Shown here piece after piece: positions 39,609 to 52,466 of a stretch of 64,000 nucleotides of DNA (the first letter of the stretch is position 1; the number at the start of each line of letters is the position of its first letter). The position numbers and the translations under genes were made by a program. This stretch comes from Phoronis australis (lineage: Eukaryota; Animalia; Phoronida): positions 400,516 through 464,515 of the forward strand of contig NMRA01000334.1 in the NCBI GenBank assembly GCA_002633005.1, given 5' to 3'. The notes beneath the pieces were generated by a model. It was not told the DNA's origin. It searched no databases and saw nothing but the letters and a program-made list of their open reading frames with translations.

Positions 39609-40585
39609 TTAGTGTTGCCAAAACCCCAAGTTGCAATGCCATAGTTTAAATGTGGAAGGACAAAAAAGTGAATTATATGCCAACTTGAGAGCTGGAAGAG
39701 GAAGATAAGATTTCAATTTGTATAAGAGTCCACCGAGATTGTTAAGTTTGTTTGAGATGAGGTTAATGTGGGGGGACCATGAGAAGTTTTTGTCAACAGT
39801 AATACCAAGGAAAGGAAAACTGTTCACATGATACATTGTTTTGCTATTTATATAAATGGTGGGAATAATACATTTTTAAATTTTCTTTTGGGGGTAGTGG
39901 AAGATCATTAATTTATTTTTGATGTGTTAATTGAAAGTTTGTTCAAAGAAAATCAGTCTGAAATAGATTTAAGGTTGTTATTGATGGTGGTCGATTGCTG
40001 TAAAGTGTGTTGGGAAGATTCAGTCAGTTTGTAAGGTTTGACAAGGCAAGTGTCGTCAGCATAAAGAAGTGTGTCCATGGGAGAAGAAAATGAAAGATCA
40101 TTTATGTAAACTAGGAAGAGAAGTGGGCCAAGGACAGAGCCGTGGGGAACTCCGTTAGATATTGGTAACCAACTGGAAGTTGTATCACTTAGTGAAACAT
40201 ATTGGGTGCGGTTTGAGAGGTAACTTTTAAACAGGGTATATTCAACTTCAGTAATGCCACAGTGATTTATCTTTTGCAAGAGTATTTTGTGGTCTATTGC
40301 GTCGAAAGCTTTCGAGAGATCTAGAAAGATGACCAGGGGATTCATGTCATTATCAAGATGGGAACAAATACGGTCTAAAAGTTCAAGCGAAGCAAGTTCT
40401 GTAGAGTGACATTTCCTGAAACCATATTGATGTTTATTAAGTATATCATTTTCATTTAGGAAAATTGAAAGTTGATTATGGTTATTTTTTTCTATAATTT
40501 TTGATATTGTTGGAAGAATAGAAATGGGTCTATAATTGCCCGGGTGCTCTGGGTCCAAACCATGTTGTTTAAAAACTGGGATCAC
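39609..40585 (-). pseudogene. LINE reverse transcriptase domain (broken)
   Basis: RT motifs including YADD. The downstream fragment FLGITVDKNFSW lies in a separate ORF. Confidence 0.9.
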
Positions 40586-41337
40586 CTTAGCAATCTATAG
40601 AGCATCTGGAAATATACCAGTGTTCAAGCACTGGTTGATGATGGTCGTGAGAGGTTCAATTATAAAAGGACTGCTTATTTTGATAATTTTAGATGATAAA
40701 TTGTCATGACCAGTGCTATTTTTTGTGTACATGTCTCTTATAATATCTAGTACATGTTTATTATTAATTGGTTTGAAAGAGAACTTAAATTTGTTTGGCG
40801 TGGGAAGTCTATGAAATTCTTGTTTTTATCATAGTTATTGATTCAGAAAGGGATGGGCCGATTTGAGTAAAGTAGGTGTTGAATAAACTTGCCATTTCGG
40901 GTAGGTCACTGGTTTTATTGTTATCTGAACGTAAGAGACATTCTGGGGTGTCATTTTTTGTTCGAACGCCGTTGTTCATAACTGTCTTTATTGTATCCCA
41001 TGTTTTATTTATGTCAGACTTCCCTTTTTCGAATGTGTCATAATAGTAAGATTGCTTGGCGGAATCAATAGTTTTTTGAGAATCTTGTTGTATACTTTAA
41101 GATTGTTGTGGCATGTAGCGTAGGATTGTCTGTTGCGAGGGGTTGTCATGGTTTGTTTGTACAGTTTATCTCGGTAACGAATGGAAATTAAAATACCATG
41201 TGTAATCCATGAGTTAAGCGCGTGTTTGTGTTTATTATATCTAACATTTTTCGGACTAAAGTGTTTTTTCGTGAGATATGTCAAAGTATCACTGAGTATT
41301 GCGTAGTTGTGATTGGGGTCACAATCTAGGCTGCGGT

Positions 41338-42225
41338 CTAGCTTTCAATGATATTGCAGTTCCGTAAGCTATTGAGAAAGTGAGTTTTTGTTTGCGGTGT
41401 GTAAGAATATTTTGAGACGAAAGTAGGGCGTTTAGGGTGGATTTTCTTTATCGATTTTGAAGCAATGAAGATAGGACAGTGGTCTGAAATCGAAGAGAGA
41501 AGAATACCAGAGTGTGTATGTATGTGACCGTATGATGTTGATGTAAAGAAGTTATCTATTAAAGTTGCTGATGTGGGGCTAAGACGTGTAGGGTATGTAA
41601 TTGAAGGTCTTAAATTGTGATTTGTCATAAAATCCAGGAATGTTTGAACTTTATTATTTGTTTGTGTCTCTAGAAGATTTAAGTTATAATCTCCACCTAA
41701 AATCAGTGTTTGACGCTGATTTTGAAGGTTTTCGATGATGGGACAGAATTCTTCAATAAACACGTCAAAGGTTCTAATGGGTGAAGTCCGCGGTCTGTAA
41801 AAGTTACCGACGCAGATGCTATAGTTGTTAATAGAGATAAAAGTGAGTAGGCCTTCGAACGTAGAATAAGCATCAAGAACTTGAATTTTTTTGACATGAA
41901 GATTATCATTTACGTAAGTGATAAGGCCACCGTGTGATGAACATAAGCTAGATGCAGGTTTGGAGTACATGTTGTAACCGTCAATTTGAAAGACTGAAAG
42001 GCAGCTGGTCGTGGTTAACCATGATTCTTGTATTAAGATAATGTCGAAAAATAATTCTTTAGAGTGAATGTTGTGCAGGAATGATTCAAACTGAGTGAAT
42101 TTTTCGTTAAGTGATTGAATGTTAATACTTAACACGGTAAGACTTGATTTATTTAGTTCAAGAAAGTTTTTAACTCCTTCTGTATCAAAAGATGGGATTT
42201 GGTAATTGGAGCCTCGGTGCAACAT
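41338..42225 (-). pseudogene. LINE APE endonuclease domain
   Basis: EEP catalytic motifs N, E, D-x-N, D and SDH are present. Confidence 0.88.
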
Positions 42226-42726
42226 TCAAGGGACTTACATGTACATGTATATAAGAGACAGAAGTCTAGTGCATTCTCACCTCCATAACTAGATAATAGA
42301 GGAGCAGGATCAAGAGCTGCGCCAGCAGAAAACTGGCTTACGTTGGCCATAAATGGATATTTACATGTGTTATTCTTTGATTGGTCCTAGGATATCGGTC
42401 ATCACATAAGTTCATTGAAATAGCGCACATGAAAAAATTCACAAGGGGTGGGTAAGATAAACGGATAAAAAGTTTAAACAATCATAAACAGGCAAGACAG
42501 ATACTGAGAAACATGCATGAAGCATTAGACATTTGGAAACTTTAACATGTAAAATTACAAGTCAAATCTGTGCATATATATAAATAGTAAACACTATTTG
42601 GATTAACTATGAAGCACATGACCGTCTTCGTTTTGGAAATCATGCGCATTTTCGCAGATCATGTCGGAAACTGGCGAAGTACTGGTACTACCAACTCCAA
42701 TGGTAACAAGTAGTAATTTTTGAATA

Positions 42727-43165
42727 TGCTTCTGATTCGAAGCGCTTCACGTAGGCTAATCATCGGGCCGTACCCGACCCAACTTATGCCCGAGTGGTGA
42801 TTGCGTAGGTGATAGGATCGTGCGGACGATTAGAAGACGCTTTACATGTACGTCATTCATTGACATTGAACGTGCGTGGTTGCCACATCATTATCGAAGG
42901 CCAAATGGGTTAACGTTACGTCGTTAGAGATTACGTGTGTAACGGTTGTTTCTTGTTAGTAAAGTAATTATTTGCGGCATTAAGTAATTATTTACGGCGT
43001 AAAGTAATTATTTGTGGCGTAGAGTATTTATTTAAGACGTTAAGTAATTATTACATTTAGGCGTAAAGTAATTATTTGCTGCTCTGGAAGTTACTTTAAT
43101 CCACAAATAATTACTATACTTTACGCCGCAATAACCACTTTACGCCGCAAATATTTACTTATCGC
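42727..43165. repeat. Interspersed element with an inverted 20-bp minisatellite, copy 2
   Basis: About 6-7 forward gtaaagtaattatttgcggc units followed by reverse units tactttacgccgcaa; homologous to 22345-22680. Confidence 0.7.
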
Positions 43166-44701
43166 TGCACATAATTCCTTTAGTTCTGTCTTTTCTCGAC
43201 CAGTTTGCTAACGAAATGTGACTTTTCTGACAAAGTTCCCGACTAAAGAATGCCTTCAAACCCTGAAATTTCATACAGTTTTGAAAGTTCGTAAACAAAA
43301 AGGCACACTTATTCCAACAAATTTTCAATAATTATGAACGTGTACAGCCTGTGTAGCAAAAGTACTACTTTTTGACAACGAGTGGCGCCTCTTTTTGAAG
43401 TACATGACTTTCAGGGTTATCTGGTTAAAGTTGGAGTTAGCCTATGAAATTACATTGGTCCGTGAAAAAAGAGTGGTGTTTCTGGAACAAGACATTAAAT
43501 AATGATGACCCTGTCATGAAAGTTCCCTACAATGGGTCCCTGTTTTCGTGTCTGCTCTCTAAATGTGTGTATGGTTCCGATTTTAATCTACGCGCCTCGT
43601 CAAAAATTTTGTTAAAAGGATACCAAATCCTGTTTTGATCTATTAGCAGGTACTAAAAAACAACTTTTCCACCCAATTCTATGAAACAAAATAATGCTCT
43701 GTAGCCATCGAAAACACTGAAGTTAAGTTTGGAGGAAAATTTGAAAACTCGTTTCTAAGTCTGTTCAACGCGGAAAGCTCTTTTAGCAAATTGTGGAAAG
43801 ACCATCCACGATCCACTCTGTGACAAAGGGGACTAAAGTTTTAATTTATTTCTGCTTTTATCTTTAAAGATTGACGCTAGTGATGTGTTACCAGGTGACA
43901 GAACTAGGAGTGTTTGAAGTAATCAAAACAGGTTTTAATAGCCCTTTAAGTATTATCCCGCATAGAGCCCGCACTATACTCACAAGAGAAAGATTCGTGC
44001 ACCTCATTATGCAGTACCGGAAAGCTATACATGTAAACTATTAAGAAGCTAGTCTATGATCTGCTAATATCTGGACATGTAATTGGCTTCAACTAAACTT
44101 GGGGAACATTATGGTGGTTTAGCCAGAGTTTAATCTTAAACACCTGCACTTAATTACTCGCCCTTTGGATTTTCGTCCACCAAACTTGGTAGTTATCGAT
44201 TTGAGGACTGCAAAGTTTAGACCTCGTTTATTGGTATTAAAGCCACCTTTGATCTTCACACGCGTACTTGCATTTAGCAACTCACAATTGAGAAATGTTC
44301 TGATAGTCAACGCTTTGCTATGGTTTAACGATGAAGTGTACACCGAATGTGCTCATCGTAGCCAGTACTTAAATCTTCCAAGCAGAACAACAACTGACGA
44401 CCCCTAAGTAGACAGAACTGGGTACCAAGAAATGATTTTGGGCATCTTTCAAGTCTAGGCAGCAGCTCTGTTGCATTTTAGCTGGGTTGACATCATGACA
44501 ACCTTGAGCAATTTTAATATGCAGATTAAGGCCGCCATTAGGCCAACTTCTATTTTTGTTCATAACTTCCTTACCAACCACTGCGGACAATTATTTTGAT
44601 ATTTTCAACCATGTTCCTATGGTCAGCAAATTTAATGTTGCTACTTTGGAGGAGGATGCATCGAGAGTTGGCATAGATTATGCAAATTAAGGCACCCATT
44701 A

Positions 44702-44860
44702 CAGGGGCGGATCCTCGATTTTTAGTTGGGGGGGGGCCAGGGCAGAGTATTAGCCAGGATTTTGCCGTCAGACATTAGCAACCCCGAAATGCTAAGTGGA
44801 ATCTGGAATAGTTTTAGGGGGGGCCATAGCCCCATTGGCCCACCTCTAACTCCGCCACTG
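44702..44860. mobile_element. hAT-like MITE family A, copy 3
   Basis: caggggcgga...tccgccactg, flanked by catta/catta. Confidence 0.82.
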
Positions 44861-46803
44861 CATTATTGAAAATTCCATTTATGCTTATTGTTGCAATTAT
44901 TCGGGACCACATGCCAATTATGTTGATTTTTGCAACCATATTCCTAACCTCGTTTCTAAATGAAACCATTTTGCAGGTTGTCAGTGTTGCATGACAAATG
45001 TGCTTAATTTATGCAATATTTGACAACCATTATTTATGATTCTTTTATTTAAAATTCACCTTCTGCTCATAACTTCCTTCTTGGTGCTACATGTAATTTT
45101 TTGATATTTAAAGCCAGAGAATTTAACGAAGTCAGTGTGCAGGTCATTACACCATCAATTTGCATAAAATTGCGGGCACTACATGTAAATTTTTGAAGTC
45201 AGAGAATTTAAAGCAATCAGTGTGCACAATTTGTATAAATTGGGAAAACCAAGAGTAGTTTGGCTCATCGTCTTCATAACGCGACTCTGGCAGTTTCACC
45301 ATCTGAAACAAGATTTGAAATTATTTTTAGAAGTGTGCTGGCAGTATGCAGAATCGTCTTACTTTTAGTGGCGTAACTAAGATCATACACCAGGATATTG
45401 ATATGAATACAATGCAAGTGTAGCTTTACCTTTACACTGGATTTAACCCACAATTAACCATAACACCAAGCTTAATAAATTTTAAAGTTTTGTTAGAGAA
45501 TTTTCCAAAATTTCCTGTTCCAAAGCTTTGCTGGCATATTCAAATAGCACCTTCTAGCTTTAAAAGATTAGCAAAATAGCGTTTGCTTGCGGAGAACTTG
45601 CCTTCTTACGAAACTTATAAAGATCTACAAAAGGTACCTGTTCGTTCATTTGGTTCTTGTACTGTACATATTTTCAATTGCACTACTCAATCAATGGTCG
45701 TCACACGTGGCCGATCTAACAAGGATATTTTCGAAAGTTTCGAAACGTGTTACGAAATCAAAAAATAAAGCTTTTTTGTGGATTTTAAACATACAATTTG
45801 AACCTTGACTACAATTATTGGGATATTGTATATGAGCAGCTGGCAAATAAGACAGGCCCTGTGATGCATGTAACAAGTTCCTATCGCATGATATTTTTAA
45901 AAGCTTCCCACATAACAATCGTTTCCAAACTGTACATGTACATACATGCATACGCAAAGCAATTGTGGAAGTGGATTAGCATCACATTGTTACACTTGGC
46001 CGATTGTAGTTTAAAACCACACAATTGCCTTTAAGCGACCTACAATCCATTTGATGTATATGATCAGCAGCACCACTCAAGCATTATAAAGACCCATTTA
46101 TCTAAGTGTGATGTCATCACCATGTTCTTTACTTTGTTGTATACATATAACTGTTGTGAGTCCATGGACCTTAAAAACGAAATAAAAATGTTAATACATG
46201 TAGCAAATTATATTATATTCCATTCAATATGGTCGTTTATACATGTAGCTCATGTTAAGTAATCGTTTATTCCCCAAATTAAAATACAGGTGATTTCTTG
46301 ACGTGTAAACAACAATGAAAACAAAAACCCTAGAGGTTTCCAAGAACTATAAAAGATGGAAAATCGTAGTATTGAATAAAGCTTACTTTGATCTATTGCC
46401 ACTTCAATGGAAAATTTAAAACAACACATCACGGAGAGTTTAAACTATATTGGAAGCATTGTATTAAATTTGCTGGCATGACCAACGGTATTACAGAATT
46501 CACCACCATGCACGGAAATTGCCTTTCTTCTAAAATATAATAACCAGTATCCGGATCTGGAATTTGGTCCTCGTGTATGGATCATTTTCGGCGCGCGCGT
46601 GTGAACTTTAAAGGTACAATCTGCCCGCTGTTCCAGGACTGAAACTTAGGGTATTGTAGGTGGTATATACATGTAGAGGCGCGATTATGGAAATATTTCC
46701 ATCCCTCGATAGCATTCTATTGAAGTAATGAGTAGAACACTATCCTTTGAGAAAAACTAGAATAAATTACTTGGCGCGTGGAAACTTCGTAATGAATTGC
46801 AAT

Positions 46804-49800
46804 GGGGCTATTCGGAAAATTTACAATAACTAGAGGGCGCGCGTGTACTAGTGGCGATAGATTAAGAAGCCTCGATTTCGAGAGCCCTTTAAATACATGG
46901 TGAAATGACTTGCAGCCGTGCCCACTGAATCTGAGATTGCGTAAAAAGGGTGTTTCTATGACAGAAAGTAAGCCTAACCTTATACAAAAGTAATATTTGT
47001 GATTATTTTATCGATTATTCCATGTATATTCTACTGGTGCTTGTTAACTGTGGTACTCGCCGATGTCGACTTCGCGGCAGTCGCCAGTCGGGTAAATCTT
47101 TGTTTGTTGTGATGCGTGTTAAGAAACTTGACATAAAATTCGGGATCTTTTCGTACATCAAAGCATTATTATTGTTTGGAATGATTTCTTACAGGTTTAT
47201 CGGTGACGGTCTATGCTGAATATTTATGCTGTCAACTCGATATTGGTTAGTGAGTTAAGATTACCATCGAAGCCCTATGGCAAAGGGTACGTGACAAATA
47301 TGCATTGCAGTAGACTATTTGTTTACTCCCTATCATATGTCTTCCGGAAATCTATTACGCGTTGAAATAGGAAATTTATCATGTCTGTTTTCACTTTAGG
47401 TTTGAGGGATGCACCGTACTTGAATTGACAAAATTGGTTTCTGCAGCTCAGCAAGATCTTAATTCCCATCCAGTGCAGATCTGTTGTCAAAGCTTACTTT
47501 CTATATCGAAGACAATAAACAAGGACTTTGAAAAGGAACAGCTATTTTTATAGAAAGGTATGTAAGTCGTTTAGTTAAATTTACTTATTCAGGTCCTTAA
47601 CGAGGGATTGGCATAGGGGGGTGGCTTGTAAAATTTGGTGAAACTGAATGTGTGGAAGTAACAGGTAATACATGCTTGGGGGAAAGAGCATGGTAAGGTA
47701 ATTCTTAACCGTCTTGAAATTCCTTCCAAGTTTATTTCATGAAATTGTTTTGCTATCATTTGTAAACCCATAAAAATATATTATATTTTCTGAATTCTCA
47801 GTGACTGAATAGTCTTAACTCGTGCCTTGAAATGTTGTAAGTCGTTTACAAATTCAAATGACTACCATTTTTGTGAAATTTGCATTTTTGATGGTGCTTT
47901 ACGATTTGTAATTACTCTTAAACAACAGAAAGATTTTCGATCATTTTTAAATGACCCAAGTCTTAATATCTTCTATTAGAAGAAAAGTAAAAAGGCTGAG
48001 AAACGGTTCCCTCAGCCTTAGATTAGAAGTATGCTTGGCAGACCCATGAATCTGTAATCGGAGTTTAAAATTGTTGAAAATATCAAAAATAAAAAGGCTT
48101 GACAATGGGTAAAAAATGTTTGAAGTTGTCGCAAAAAAACTTGTATGTTTTGCAGACAAGTGATGCGTTTAAAAAATTATAATGGCTACGAATGAAAAAA
48201 AGACATAGATTATTACATGGCGAAGTCGTTATCCCACGTTATCTAGAGTCCGAGTGGATTTTGGAGAATTATCGCCCAAGGGGCATTAGCCTCGAGGGTG
48301 ATAATTCTCCAAAACCCACGAAGGCTTTATATAATGGAGGATAACGACTGAAAACATGTTACAATATATTTATACCACATACTGAACGAGAAACATTGCA
48401 ATGAATCGATCTTCCTTTCACGACTCGCCTCGGCTTTGTAACTACTTTCTATGTCAGACTCAGAGGCCCGGGGTCGGAGGTCGTGACCTTTTAATAAAAG
48501 CCTAGCTATTTTTGTCCAATAATGCTTATACATGTACTCAAAACCAATTGAAAATTTAAACAAAATAGAAATAAAGGAAATCTACAAATTAAGGTTTAGC
48601 AACTATTATAGCTTGCTGCACATTTTATCACGCTAAGCTTCGACCGGGAAAATATGGTCTGCTAAAGTAGGTTAACACTAGTAACTGACTATAATACTCA
48701 AGTCAAAGGATCCCGACGACACGATACCCGCATTCAAATTGGAGATCGGTGAGTTACAAGTGAGAGAACACGAAATTAATAAATCACTGAATTAAAATAT
48801 CGTTTTTATGGAAATTATGCGTATGTCGGTGCAACTGCCCTTTGCTGAAAATGCAATTGTTGCGCGTGCTCATTTAAGTATTCTATTTTCACGTTTGATG
48901 ACGTCAGCCGCTGAGTCGTGTTGTGGTAAAGTCGGCGACTCGAAACTCTTGAGGCCCGTTTTCGAATCTGGCGTCGCTTTCCCGCCAAAATGTTATCTCA
49001 CTAGTGAGATAACTTTATGGGTTTTACACCGTTGTATCTGCCATTCGAGGCTTAAATTGTGGTATAAGCAGTTTTATGCAATACTTATTATAAACACCCT
49101 TGGTTTCTGAAAATAGTAATTATTTAATTTTATGTGAAATTATAGAGCAGTCACCATTTCACATTTTTGAAAAACAATGGCAGTATTTTTGACCCAACCT
49201 GGAGTACTTTGTAATTCATATTTCAATATTCGTTCCAGGTTCAGTGATATTTTAAGCCAATTTCAAGCCGCAACACGGACAAGCTATGTTACTCCGTTGT
49301 CTTCCCACAACACTTCCACACACCAGCAGTGATGCATTCCACAATGTACATGTAGAAGTCAGTGGCCCTGGATAAATGTGAATCGCAGTACTAAGTTACC
49401 ATAAGACAATGTGTCAGTGGAGTGTCTGGGTATGAAGAGGAAATATATCTGACAGCGACACAAGTAAGCCTCGTCGGTGAGGATGCCCTTTAGTAGGCAA
49501 TGAGTCGTGTTTGGACAATAGCTTATTTCTTTTCCTGGAAGAAACATGAGGGACTGAAGCTAAAGAAGACCTAGGGACACTCTGGTCTACTTCAGGGTCC
49601 GATTTTGGGCACAAAACGATTCAAGTGATATGCTGTTGTGTTTACCTTCAATGGTCTAATTGTGGATGTTATTGAGGCTGAATGAGGTTACATGAAGGAA
49701 AGCCACATGCCGAAGCTGGACCATTTTACAAGCGCTTCTTTCGGCCATTGAAACTTGATCCCAGTGAAATGCAAACCAAAATCATCTGATATAAATACCT

Positions 49801-51501
49801 GTCCTTTCTCACTCAGTGACATTAACTTTTCCTTTCAGAAGAAAGGCTTTATACTAATGGTAAAAAACTTTTCAATTTCTTTCACACTATGGGTAAATCA
49901 CATTCAGTGACTGCATCGATTGTCTTATTGTCAGTAGAAAGCCCGTTAATGTTACACTTTGATGATCAAATAAATTTTTAATCAACAGGCAAGTTTGTCA
50001 CTAATTATTGAAACCACCATATTTCTTCAGTTTTAAAACCCCATACAGGGCAGTTGTGCTTATTCTCGATAAAGCTGAAGTAATTACCGAATACGCTTGC
50101 GAATTGTCATTTTCCTGTTGACCTATAGAAATGTCCAGCGATCAAAATGAAGTATTCCCTTTGTTTGCATTGGATTTTTCGTGTGTGTAATTATTTTAGA
50201 GCTTTTTCAAGAAGGCCTTTGAACAATTTTATGGTTTGAGTTAACTTGTCTATGAACAAAAGTTCCACATGCCAGAAAAGTAATGCTATGTTTTCAATTG
50301 TAGCTAGCTGGATAAGTATCTGCTATGCACAATATTCCAGAATAAACAATTATATTTAAAAACAAAATGACAAACTGAACAAGCACATACATACACACAA
50401 AGAAACACCAATGCAATGGAGTCCATAATCAGGCATATCAAGTGCTGAATTTCTGAGTTAGATTCATTTCTCTCAGTTTATTGCTGAAGGATTGTTTTTC
50501 ACTTTGTCCAAAGGTAAAATAGATGGTCAGGCGGTTGGTTTCAGATGTTTTCTCTCATCTGTAACAGAATAGTGGGAGAAACATTAGCAAATTATAAAAG
50601 AAAACACAAGACAAACTACTTTTGTAAGGCAGAACATACTTGACGTTTCATCTTCATGTTTATGTATAGAAACTAATATTCTTTGCACCCAAGCCTTTTT
50701 AATATCTGAATTAAAATATGTGAAACTGGATAAAATTGATTTAACAATGTGTATTTTTCATGACACTTGAAATGTGCTTCTGATCACAACAAACAAAATT
50801 CATTTTATGTGTAAATATTTATTCCAATGCTTTGTTACAACATTTACTTAATTAAGGCTTATTCATGTTAATTCGGTAACTAATCTGGTAGTCCTGGGGA
50901 TGGGGTCCCCCTATAAAATAAGGAAACTAACTCAACTAGAGGAATTTATTGGACACATCATATTTTTGAAGAGAAACTGCTGTGAAAAAGTCACCCTTGA
51001 CTTACCACTCACCTTTTATATTGAGCGCACTCCTACCCAGGACAATATGAATAGGTGCTGCAAGCCTACCCGGCATCCGAGTCCCGGGTGAGTTTCCGAA
51101 AAGAAACGCTTAGCTCCACTCAATAAACCCGTTATTCAGTGGGTGAACTGGTGCGGTCAACATTACCGAACGATGTCGATAGAAACTGATTGCTAAAAAC
51201 TTACCAAGTAAATGGAAATGCATAAAATACACAAGGGCTTCAGCATCCACACACTTTTTGGTTGACCCTTTTGACCGCAATTGTCCACGAATATAGTCAC
51301 TTTAGGTCTTTTGGGAATTTGTGGCCACATGTCGAAGATTTGCACCACGGAAAGTAGCTGTATTAAGGCTTAGCGCGACGACGTATTTTGATAACAATTC
51401 CATCATTTACCAGTTGTTTACATGCAGACAGCGACGCATGCGCAATTCAATCACCACTAGTACAGCAGCGACACCGCGAGGAGAATTCTCCGAATAGCCC
51501 C
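46804..51501 (-). mobile_element. Decayed ISL2EU/Harbinger-group DNA transposon (~4.7 kb)
   Basis: The ends are AT|ggggctattcgga ... tccgaatagcccc|AT, with a second inverted match tgtactagtgg/ccactagtaca further in. A minus-strand THAP-like remnant lies at ~51215-51365 (PWCKSSTCGHKFPKDLK*LYSWTIAVKRVN, then frameshifted MHF). Confidence 0.6.
48205..48368. repeat. Long imperfect palindrome (foldback, ~55-bp well-paired arms)
   Basis: gtcgttatcc...gtggattttggagaattatcgccc / gggtgataattctccaaaacccac...ggataacgac. Confidence 0.75.
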
Positions 51502-52466
51502 ATTAGTGTTTGAACCTTATGTTTACTCTGTAATTAACTATATTTATTTGAACCAGGCTCTGTAAGGGATACCAGTCGAATAATGTTGACATTTACGTGC
51601 ATAAATTATGAAAAATTATCGCGAGGGAGTTAAAACAGAAACATAATTTTAAATAATGGCGGACATTATTTGCATAAATCGCCTTTTTTCATGCAACGGC
51701 TTGAAATTTGATTTTTTAGAATCATAGGTGCAAGTACAGTATCTATAATTGTCTTGTAGTGATTTGTTGTTCAGATTCAATCACAAGATGGCGACCATAA
51801 TGCGCATAAAGTATGCAAATTCACGATTTTTGGTACCTTTCCACCAGTTTTATAAAGTTCACTAACATTGAAACGTGCCGTACGTAAACCAACAAATTAA
51901 TCTACTCATGGTGTAGGGGTAAAGAAGTTGTAAGAAACAGAATAATCTTGCATAATTGCAGCCTCAATTTGCATATTTAAGAGGCAACTTGCAAAAATGT
52001 GAGCATAAGTTAATCTCCGCATATCACAACTATCTTTTGTTGAAGCACAAACCATCTTACAAATACCTCCGCCAAGGGGGTTATGCTTTTGCCCTTGTTC
52101 GATGGAGTGTGTTCGTGTGAGTGTACCAGGGGTCATTCCGCTCAGACAGAAGTATATAACATCTGCACCCAAAAATTGATCTATCGCAAGCTCCGCCCCT
52201 TGCGTAATGTCGACTAACAAACAATAATTTTCATAAGGGAACATGTGGTTTGTCGGGTAAAATGGGGGCTCGGAAACGAAGGTGTGTCAAGAATGATGAG
52301 TTTTAAATGGTCAGTTAAAGGAGAATGCCACCCGATTTAACTAGTCTTTTTTTTGCCGCCTTAATCGGTCTCATTATCCACATCGCCTCTTATACAGCCG
52401 ACCTCACCTTGCCGAGAGGTGTCGCTTTAACCTGTCAGGAAGGAGAGAAACAACGCAGGGACGTTA

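Larger units (their letters stand above)
38848..42235 (-). mobile_element. Degenerate non-LTR retrotransposon (CR1/L2 group), ORF2 only
   Basis: APE endonuclease 41338-42225 (SINIQSL, IQESWL, GDYN, LIDNFF, SDH), linker WITHGILISIRYRDKLYK, and RT 39953-40585 (NYRPISIL, QYGFR, LDLSKAFD, GVPHGSVLGP, YADD). It has stops and frameshifts. The 3' end on the minus strand is AATAAA followed by a (TC)n tail at 38848-38864. Confidence 0.92.
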
